Source: Nitrosopumilaceae archaeon (GTDB taxonomy: Archaea; Thermoproteota; Nitrososphaeria; Nitrososphaerales; Nitrosopumilaceae). From it: a stretch of 64,000 nucleotides of DNA. The DNA lies in NCBI GenBank assembly GCA_965200155.1, contig CBDATR010000034.1, forward strand, positions 128,001 to 192,000, written 5' to 3'. The notes below the pieces were generated by a model. That model ran no database searches, had not been told where the DNA came from, and saw only the letters and a program-made list of their open reading frames with translations. This document shows, in pieces, positions 34,666 through 43,700 of the stretch; within the stretch, counting starts at the first letter, position 1, and the number at the start of each line of letters is the position of its first letter. Made by a program: the position numbers and the translations under genes.

Positions 34666-34785
34666 CATATACCGGCACATACATACTGATATGGACAACC
34701 ACGTGCCCGAGCCACCTGTACTAATCGCGATAAAACCCGGACCATGATTTACCGGACTGGAAACATGTGTACCCAGATAGCGCAA

Positions 34786-36978
34786 CTATTCCTTGTCAAT
34801 GAATTCGGAAGCCGATGGTGGCTCCGGTGCAACTCCCTTTCGCTTTCTTATGGTGGAGATGGTACTCTCAAGCATGGACTTTGGAACCTCGGACCACGAC
34901 TTGAAATGCGTATTCCACATGGCCCTGCCCGCGGTCTGACCCCGCATTTCCTCGGATAGTGTGAATGTCTCAGAGGCAGGTATCTCACCCGTTACAATGC
35001 TCGCGGGACCATTCTGGTTCATATCCAGCACCTTGCCCCGCTTACCTGAGAGTACGGTGGCCACGTTTCCCACAAGATCCGTCGGTACCCTCACCTCTAT
35101 GGCCAACATGGGCTCTAGCAGAACCGTACCCGCAGTGAGGAGTGAGCCCATACATGCGCGCCGGGATGCAGGCCCTAGCTGTGAGAGACCCCTATGGGCA
35201 GTATCCTCGTGGGGAACAAAGTGCGTGAATATGAACTTGCAGTCCCGCATCTGTTCCCGACATAGTGGACCCTCCTTCATAACTTCTTCAAATCCCGAGT
35301 TTATGGAGTCGGTAGATTCCTGGACAAACTGTACACCCTTGGTACCGTTTATGATAACATTTCCCCTAGAGTCGAACTTCATTACTCGCTTTATGGTATC
35401 GGTATCCCAGCCCTGGGCCTTTAGCAGTGCTGTAACCTCGGCCTTGTCCTTGAGGTCACTGATCTCGCCGGTACGAAGCATGTTGGCAATGGCAGGCTCC
35501 AGCGGCTCTACCCGCATGAATATCTTGTTGTGACGGTTGGGAGACTTGGACATCACCGCCTCGCAGCTGCCCCTTACGGTTTCCCGGTAATTTATCAACG
35601 GCTCTGAGGTTACTATATCCACCTTGGCATCCTGAATCCTGTGGGTGGCCACATCCAGGTGCAGCACACCCATACCCGCTATAATGGTCTCCCCGCTCTC
35701 CTCGTCAATCTTTACCACCAAGTTTGGATCCTCAATGGTTAGCTGTCGCAATACCTCTACCAGCTTTGGTAGATCCTTGGGATGCTTGGGCTCTACCGCA
35801 ACCTGCACCACAGGCTCTGAGACGTACTTTATTCCCTCAAATACATGAATGTTCTTGACCGAAGACAGTGTGTTGCCTGCCCTAGATTCAGTCATACCCA
35901 GCAGTGCAGGAATATTGCCCGCGCCAAGCTCCCCTACCTGCTCCCGCTGGTTTCCCATGAAGAAGTTTACAGACTGTATTCGTCCTGGTTTGTGCGCATC
36001 TATGATATTTATGGTCTGGCCATCATGCACGGTTCCGGAGAATAATCGCCCTATAGCTACGGGCCCCGCGGCCTTGTCCAGGACCATATTTACCACCATC
36101 ATTATGGCGGGGCCATCATCCTTGCATTCAAGCAATGCCTTACCTATATCCGAGGTCAGGTCACCATGCCATATTTTGGGAATGCGGTATTTTTGAGCTT
36201 CGTGAGGGGGAGGGTGATGCTTTACAACCATGCCCAATACTGCGTTGGCCAAGGGGGCTCGGGAAACCAAGTCATCCACATTTCCCGTATTATAGGACTC
36301 CATGACCTGCTTAAAGGTAATACCCTTCTCCTTCATGACATCCAAGTTTATAGCCCAGCGATCCTTGGCGGAGCCAAAGGTTACGCTGGCATTCTGTATT
36401 GATACCTTCCACTTCTCCTTGTATTCGTCCTCGGCATATGTATCGATGAGCTGGTTAAAGTTGGCCACCACGCCAGCCAGTGATTCCTGCATCTTTTCAG
36501 GGGTGAGACGCAGCTCCTTTATCAGCCGGTCCACCTTGTTTATGAATAGTACAGGTTTGACCCTCTCCTCTAGTGCCATGCGGGTAACGGTCTCGGTCTG
36601 GGTCATAATTCCCTCTACGGCATCGCATACCACGACCGCCCCGTCTATGGCGCGCAAACTGCGTATGACCCGGCCGCTAAAGTCCACGTGTCCCGGGGTA
36701 TCTATCATGTTTATGACGTACTCTTTGTCATTTTGGGTAAAGTGTAATGTTACATTAGCCTGGTATATGGTAATACCCCTCTCCTGTTCCTCCTTGTCAT
36801 AGTCCATGGCCAAAGCCTTGCCCGCGGTGGAGGGAGCTATAATGCCAGAGTTTGCCAGGAGACTGTCGCTCATGGTGGTCTTGCCATGATCTACATGTGC
36901 AATGACACCGAAATTGCGAATTTGCTCCTTCTGCTTGATTATCTTTAACACCTGGTCGGTGGACTTGTACTTTGGCAT
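34786..36978 (-). CDS. fusA: translation elongation factor aEF-2
   Basis: AHVDHGKTT, RGITI, DTPGHVDF, NKVD, diphthamide loop PHEDTAHRG; 730 aa. Confidence 0.98.
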   Translation of the reverse strand: MPKYKSTDQVLKIIKQKEQIRNFGVIAHVDHGKTTMSDSLLANSGIIAPSTAGKALAMDYDKEEQERGITIYQANVTLHFTQNDKEYVINMIDTPGHVDFSGRVIRSLRAIDGAVVVCDAVEGIMTQTETVTRMALEERVKPVLFINKVDRLIKELRLTPEKMQESLAGVVANFNQLIDTYAEDEYKEKWKVSIQNASVTFGSAKDRWAINLDVMKEKGITFKQVMESYNTGNVDDLVSRAPLANAVLGMVVKHHPPPHEAQKYRIPKIWHGDLTSDIGKALLECKDDGPAIMMVVNMVLDKAAGPVAIGRLFSGTVHDGQTINIIDAHKPGRIQSVNFFMGNQREQVGELGAGNIPALLGMTESRAGNTLSSVKNIHVFEGIKYVSEPVVQVAVEPKHPKDLPKLVEVLRQLTIEDPNLVVKIDEESGETIIAGMGVLHLDVATHRIQDAKVDIVTSEPLINYRETVRGSCEAVMSKSPNRHNKIFMRVEPLEPAIANMLRTGEISDLKDKAEVTALLKAQGWDTDTIKRVMKFDSRGNVIINGTKGVQFVQESTDSINSGFEEVMKEGPLCREQMRDCKFIFTHFVPHEDTAHRGLSQLGPASRRACMGSLLTAGTVLLEPMLAIEVRVPTDLVGNVATVLSGKRGKVLDMNQNGPASIVTGEIPASETFTLSEEMRGQTAGRAMWNTHFKSWSEVPKSMLESTISTIRKRKGVAPEPPSASEFIDKE

Positions 36979-37062
36979 GAGTCATTTCGATGAATTTGCC
37001 ATATTAAACGTTACAGCACTAGGATCGTAGCCGTTCAGGCTTTGTGTGAGTTCACCAAAACT

Positions 37063-37956
37063 CTAGTATATCATGTAGTCACTGAGACCTCGAAGTTCTT
37101 TGGCATCCATAAAGTATACCTCCTTCCCCGTGGCCAGGTTCAATGGCAGGAGCTGCGCATAAAATGTGTGGTATATGACAGAGTGCAACATATCCAGGTT
37201 TGGATCCGTAACGGTACAGTGTATGTTTTGTGCTCGCAATTGTGATGCCAGGCTTTGTGTGTACGAATCACTATTACATAATAGTATGACGCAGTCGCCG
37301 GGTTTTGCGCTGAACAGTTCCATGTGAGAGAATTGCTCCATTCTAGAATAGTGTGCGTCCGAACCCAATATCTCGTACATCTTGGCTGCTGCATATATGG
37401 CTATAGGATATGTGTACTGATCGCCAACAAAGAATACGCGTCCGCCAGTTTCGGTTCCTGCCGCATCAAGTTTGGCCCTGTCATAGAGATCTTGTACATC
37501 ACCCAGCGATACCGGGTACACCAGCGAGATACATGCAAGAGCGCTGTTCAGAAAACTGATGCTGCCGGCGGTGAGTGTGTCGGAGTTTGGAAATGAGAGC
37601 CTTATGATGTTACTTGCGGCAATACCCAAGGGGCTATCGAGCTTGGCCGTTATTGCGGTACACTTATGGTTACGCGCCAACTGTATGTTGGCCACGGTTC
37701 TGCCGGACACAGATATCACGTACAGTCTTCGCCCGTCCAGGATACTAGGATTGTGGCATATCTCCAGGGGATCCATGGCCCTTGCCTTGTAATTGGAGAA
37801 TGCCTCTGCCAACATGGCCGCGGCTAATGAATCTCCGCTTCCGGCAAATACCGTACTGCCAATCACGTGATCAGGTAGTTGTCCTGGTGGCTCAAAGGAG
37901 TGTATTGCGGCAACCTGTCGTTCTATGTCATCCAGGTAAGCCTTGACCGATTCCAC
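37063..37956 (-). CDS. double-SIS domain sugar isomerase (GlmS C-terminal-like)
   Basis: FAGSGDS, ISVSGRT, AITA..DSPL, AAKMYE, EQFSHMELF. Confidence 0.8.
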   Translation of the reverse strand: MESVKAYLDDIERQVAAIHSFEPPGQLPDHVIGSTVFAGSGDSLAAAMLAEAFSNYKARAMDPLEICHNPSILDGRRLYVISVSGRTVANIQLARNHKCTAITAKLDSPLGIAASNIIRLSFPNSDTLTAGSISFLNSALACISLVYPVSLGDVQDLYDRAKLDAAGTETGGRVFFVGDQYTYPIAIYAAAKMYEILGSDAHYSRMEQFSHMELFSAKPGDCVILLCNSDSYTQSLASQLRAQNIHCTVTDPNLDMLHSVIYHTFYAQLLPLNLATGKEVYFMDAKELRGLSDYMIY

Positions 37957-38061
37957 GTAGCCGTATCTGTAATGTGTTGTAAAAACCCTTGTTCATGTAC
38001 TCATAGGGCAGAATCGAAGATTGGAAACCCGGTCATATATCATGTATTGATATAACAGCTA

Positions 38062-39024
38062 TGTCAATAGTACGAAAAGTAAGTCCGCTTAGGATCCGGC
38101 GTACAGTAGCTCAGATTGCACAAGCCAGATGGTAAAGAGAACAACAGAGGAATCAAGACAAAAGAGGCGTTGCCACAACCAAAATAGCTCAAGACCCGAA
38201 ACAAGACACGTACGAAGATTGTGAACCAGAGAACGGGAACGACTCGAGTAAAGATGGGCAGGCCTATGATACCAATCACCGCTACCCAGATACGAATGGT
38301 AACTGAAGCATATCACAAGGATCCCGCCGGAGTAGTACGTATTGCAAAGAGGCTTAGACAGAATTACAATATATCGCGTAGTATATCGCATAATGAAAAA
38401 GAACGGCACGACAGTCTCATCACCTGCAAAGTCAGAGTGGGTACGCTATGAGCGTAAATATTCCAATGCAATGTGGCACTGGCATGTCATGAAAAGATGA
38501 GCGCTTCAGGGGACTGAATCTCATAGATGATGCATCCAGGTGTATAGTCGGAGCGGCACTATTCTAGCATGCAACCTGAGAACGCCGCTCTATTACTGAG
38601 ATTGGCGATAGAACGATTCGGCGCCCCTGCATCTCGGATAACGGCGCGTGTTTCGTAGGACAATAAAAGGGCAAAAAGAACTGGAAACCCACACTATTCT
38701 AGGAAGAACTGCTGGATCAAGACATCATACTAATCAATTCCAGACCATACCACCCGCAGACAAATGGCAAACTGGAGCGCTTCCATGGAATGATTGAGGA
38801 CGAGGGGACTCTTATTTAAGAGTCCAACGAGATATGGCATTATGACAGTCTCCGGGATTATATAGACTACTATAATGAGAGAAGATTGCACTTCTCACTG
38901 GATATAGATAACGGCGAGACACCACTCCAGGAATAAAAAGGCGACCCAGACAATTAGGGCAAATGATGCAAAATGGATGGAGCGAGATACCAATGACTAG
39001 CGGACCGACTTTTCGTACATTACA
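38062..39024 (+). mobile_element. IS481-like element, full length, transposase pseudogenised
   Basis: Ends tgtcaatagtacgaaaagtaagtccgct / agcggaccgacttttcgtacattaca; RYERKYSNAMWH, DDASRC, YHPQTNGKLERF, DYYNERRLH. Confidence 0.85.
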
Positions 39025-39042
39025 GTCGAGTAAAAATCAGAC

Positions 39043-39248
39043 ATCTAGACGGTAAATTCATGGGTATATGTGAGGCATCATGATAGAAAAAGCAAGGTGT
39101 GGGTTCATCTATGTCTAAATTTACGCATGACTTATCGTGACAGCAAGTGTGATTTGTACACGAGATTCCGGAAGACGTGAACTCATACAAAGAATGGATA
39201 TGTCCGCGGTGTGTTTTGAGCGATTGTCTAGGGTGACCTAAATGGTTA
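39043..39248 (-). mobile_element. diverged MITE family 2 copy with degenerate family 1 MITE (39097-39188) inside
   Basis: Reverse-complement similarity to 15891-15993 on both sides of the nested MITE. Confidence 0.65.
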
Positions 39249-39269
39249 CTAACAGGTTTCCCTGCACCA

Positions 39270-39408
39270 AGCTGGTCGTCTAGAGGGCGTCAGAGTCGCC
39301 CAGCTAGAGATGTCAGGACGGAGCGCATAGTGACAAGCCAAAACCATGTACTGACCAATCGCAAGGCGCCGTTAAGATCATAGTCAAAGACTTATGATTG
39401 TCGCCATA
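39270..39408 (+). mobile_element. orphan 3' end of tnpB element (putative omegaRNA region plus TIR)
   Basis: Collinear similarity to the reverse complement of 47710-47815 (gtcgtc..ggcgtcag..gtgacaagccaaa..gtactg..caaagacttatg..cgccata). Confidence 0.6.
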
Positions 39409-39529
39409 AAACGTCTCAATCCACAAGGAATTCTACGGTATGAGAATTCAAAATAGTCAAACTGCAACAAAGAGCAGGCATCATTTGTCGAATCATACAA
39501 GAATGCAATAAATACAAGTCAATTATTAG

Positions 39530-40777
39530 TTGATGATAGACTTGAGATTCGCACACTTTGCCGATACGCATCTGGGATTCCAAAAGCAGGAGCCATTACA
39601 AAAGATAGAGCAGCAGGTCTTTGAGGAGGCCATGGACAGGTGCATGGAGAAAAATGTCGATTTCATACTAATGTGTGGTGATTTATTCCACACAAATATC
39701 CCCGACATGCGCGTACAAAAGATTGCCATGAAAAAGTTTTCCGAGATACACAAGGCCAAGATCCCCGTATACGCCGTATATGGGAGCCACGACTTTTCGC
39801 CCACATCCAGCTCCACCATTGATTTGCTAGAGTCCGCAGGCTTTCTGACCAAGGTGACTGTACAATTACCCCACGAGGAACTCATTCGCCTGGATTTTCT
39901 TGAGGACAAGAATACAGGCGCCCGTCTTGCAGGCTTGTCCGGTCTCAAGGCAGGCAGGGACATAGAATATCATGAAAGACTGGACCGGGAATATTTGGAA
40001 TCGCAGGACGGCTTCAAGATATTCATGTTTCATGGTGCCATTACAGAAATGTTGCACGAGGAGAGCGGCGATAGCATGGCAATATCAAATATGCCAAGGG
40101 GAATGGACTACTATGCTGGTGGGCACATGCACACATATCAGCACCACAGTTTTCCCGGATACGACAATGTAGTGTATCCAGGAACGATGTTTGCAGGCTA
40201 CCACTCCGATATTGAGAATAGTGCCAAGGGGGTAATGCGCGGCTTTGCCATGGTGGACTTTGAGGACAAGGTAAAAGATGTACGGCACGAGGTGATAACC
40301 GGTTGCCAGTACAAGATGCTAGAGATAAACGGCGAGAACAAATCCTCCGCGTCAGTAAGTGCGGAAATTCACGACCGCATGAGCGGTATGGACGTGAGAG
40401 AAAAGGTGGTCATACTAAAGGCATGGGGCGAGATGGGAGAGGGACGCACATCCGATATAGATTTTCAGGGTATTTACAGGCAGTTATTGCAGAATGGCGC
40501 CTATGATGTACTGATAAATCGTAGCGGCCTCTCTTCGCGCGAATACAAGATAGAAGGTCAGTCTGCCGGAAGCAGCGAGCAGATTGAGCATAGTACATTC
40601 CAGGAGAACATAGGACAGGTCCGCATGAAGCGGACAAATTTAATAGATTCCAGTGGCGTCCAGCTCTCCAAGGATCTGCTTGGTACCCTCAGGCAATTAC
40701 GTCCAGACAACGAGACAAAGTCAGATTACGATACACGTATGACAAGGGACGGGGCAGCCAGAATGGAGGGACAGTAA
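39530..40777 (+). CDS. mre11: DNA double-strand break repair nuclease Mre11
   Basis: ADTHLG, GDLFH, GSHD, FMFHG, GGHMH, YPG phosphoesterase motifs; directly upstream of rad50. Confidence 0.93.
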   Translation: MMIDLRFAHFADTHLGFQKQEPLQKIEQQVFEEAMDRCMEKNVDFILMCGDLFHTNIPDMRVQKIAMKKFSEIHKAKIPVYAVYGSHDFSPTSSSTIDLLESAGFLTKVTVQLPHEELIRLDFLEDKNTGARLAGLSGLKAGRDIEYHERLDREYLESQDGFKIFMFHGAITEMLHEESGDSMAISNMPRGMDYYAGGHMHTYQHHSFPGYDNVVYPGTMFAGYHSDIENSAKGVMRGFAMVDFEDKVKDVRHEVITGCQYKMLEINGENKSSASVSAEIHDRMSGMDVREKVVILKAWGEMGEGRTSDIDFQGIYRQLLQNGAYDVLINRSGLSSREYKIEGQSAGSSEQIEHSTFQENIGQVRMKRTNLIDSSGVQLSKDLLGTLRQLRPDNETKSDYDTRMTRDGAARMEGQ

Positions 40778-43700
40778 ATGCTGATAAAAAAGATAGCGCT
40801 TGAGAATATACGCAGTTACCCCAAACTTCACCTGGATATGCCCACAGGATACGTTCTTTTGGAAGGGGATGTCGGGGCGGGCAAGTCTACCATTCTGATG
40901 GCCATAGAGTTTGCCCTGTTCGGGTTGGGCGAGATGAAGCCGGACAGTCTGATATCCAAGGGAAAGAGTCGCGGCGAGGTGGCACTTACCTTCGAGGTAG
41001 ACGGAATCCAGTACGAAGTGGGCAGAACACTGCTCAGCAAGAATGGCAAGATAAACCAGGATCCCAAAGGCGCATACCTGTCAGTGGATGGGCAGCGGGA
41101 GCCGCTCACTGCCTCTGATCTAAAGAGTCGTATCCTACAGGTACTAAACTTCCGTGAACCGTCGGGCCCGCGCTCCCACAGCAGGGTATACAGGTACGCC
41201 GTATACACACCACAAGAAGAGATAAAGGCAATCCTAGGCAATGATGCCAGCCGGGAAGAAGCCATTCGGCGTGCCTTTGGTATAGAGGATTATGAAACAG
41301 TAGTGAATAACGCAAAGACACTGCGGCAAAAATTCTCAACTGACAGGGCTGAACTCTCAGGCAGGTTCGCCAAGCTGGAAGAGTATTGTGGCGAGCAGGA
41401 ATCGCAAAAAACGGCACTGGTGGAGATGGAGGATAGCCTTGAGGAAATATTCAAGAACAAGAACATCTATGCCGCCCAGATTGCCCAGGCAAAGGCACGA
41501 CAATCCATTCTTTCCCAACAGATGGATGACATGACACGCATAGACGCAGAAAGGAATCACACCAAAAGAGAGATTGGGCGCTACAATGGCATGATAGATG
41601 ACTGCAAGGACAGGCTGGAAAAAGACAGGGCGGATTTGGTCCATGTGAACCAGGAGCTTGATCAGCGGGGCAGTCCACAGTGCCCTACCAGTGTGAGCGC
41701 CGGTGAGCTTCAGGAGAGCCTGGAGAAGATAGAGAGTGAGGAGAAGAGTATACTCAGTAAGGAGGCTGATGACAAGAATTGCAGGAGCAGGATATCGGAC
41801 ATTGAGGAGGAGCTGGGCGAAATTGGTATCTTGGAGTGTCCCACCAGTGTGAGCGCCGGTGAGCTTCAGGAGAGCCTGGAGAAGATAGAGAGTGAGGAGA
41901 AGAGTATACTCAGTAAGGAGGCTGATGACAAGAATTGCAGGAGCAGGATATCGGACATTGAGGAGGAGCTGGGCGAAATTGGTATCTTGGAGTGTCCCAC
42001 CAGTGTGAGCGCCGGTGAGCTTCAGGAGAGCCTGGAGAAGATAGAGAGTGAGGAGAAGAGTATACTCAGTAAGGAGGCTGATGACAAGAATTGCAGGAGC
42101 AGGATATCGGACATTGAGGAGGAGCTGGGCGAAATTGGTATCTTGGAGTGTCCCACCAGTGTGAGCGCCGGTGAGCTTCAGGAGAGCCTGGAGAAGATAG
42201 AGAGTGAGGAGAAGAGTATACTCAGTAAGGAGGCTGATGACAAGAATTGCAGGAGCAGGATATCGGACATTGAGGAGGAGCTGGGCGAAATTGGTATCTT
42301 GGAGTGTCCCACCAGTGTGAGCGCCGGTGAGCTTCAGGAGAGCCTGGAGAAGATAGAGAGTGAGGAGAAGAGTATACTCAGTAAGGAGGCTGATGACAAG
42401 AATTGCAGGAGCAGGATATCGGACATTGAGGAGGAGCTGGGCGAAATTGGTATCTTGGAGTGTCCCACCAGTGTGAGCGCCGGTGAGCTTCAGGAGAGCC
42501 TGGAGAAGATAGAGAGTGAGGAGAAGAGTATACTCAGTAAGGAGGCTGATGACAAGAATTGCAGGAGCAGGATATCGGACATTGAGGAGGAGCTGGGCGA
42601 AATTGGTATCTTGGAGTGTCCCACCAGTGTGAGCGCCGGTGAGCTTCAGGAGAGCCTGGAGAAGATAGAGAGTGAGGAGAAGAGTATACTCAGTAAGGAG
42701 GCTGATGACAAGAATTGCAGGAGCAGGATATCGGACATTGAGGAGGAGCTGGGCGAAATTGGTATCTTGGAGTGTCCCACCAGTGTGAGCGCCGGTGAGC
42801 TTCAGGCAAGATTGGAGGATATAGAGAGAGTTGAGAGGAACATACTGAGCAAGGAGTCTGAGGCAAGAGCATGTGTAGTAAAGATAAAGCAGCTATCCGG
42901 CAAGATTGGAGAAAGAACACTTGAATCAATACTTAATGAAATATCATCTTTGGAGAAGGGCATAGAGAATCATGAACGAAATATGTCCATGTATGAGGGG
43001 AATCTCAGAAACCACAGTGTTCTAATGGGATCAATCAGTAATACGATACATACACTCGAAGACATTCTGGACAAGACCAAGGACCTTGGGGGGCGCTGTG
43101 ATTATTGTGACAGTACACTTGATGAAAAATATGTAGCAGAGCTGCAAAGTAAACGCAGGGATAAACTAAACGAGGCCAGGCAAGAAAAAGAGAGCATTGC
43201 TCGCAAGATATCCCAAAATACAAAGAGTCGCGAGGATGCCATGCTACAGCTGAACCGCCATCGTATCACGCTAAAAGAGTGCCAGGAAGCCCAAGTACAC
43301 GCCATGCAAAAGAGGGATCAGGGATGGATGCTGGAGGGAATCACCAAAGAGCTGGAGCAGCTGGACGCGGAAAAGTACGTACCCCAGGAGCAGCCTATAG
43401 CGAGGGAGGAGAACGAGAGTAGTACGGCGTATGTACGCAGACTGCAGAGCCTGCTACAGAGTTATGAAACCAAGTCAGAGAAGAAGAACAGTCTATTGCA
43501 GCAAAAGGACGAACAGGAAAAGATGCTGGAGGGAATCACCAAAGAGCTGGAGCAGCTGGACGCGGAAAAGTACGTACCCCAGGAGCAGCCTATAGCGAGG
43601 GAGGAGAACGAGAGTAGTACGGCGTATGTACGCAGACTGCAGAGCCTGCTACAGAGTTATGAAACCAAGTCAGAGAAGAAGAACAGTCTATTGCAGCAAA

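Noticed and set aside
34961-36802. Long antisense ORFs opposite fusA (and opposite lysJ at 20580-21308)
   Set aside because: Shadow frames of conserved genes with no recognisable motifs.
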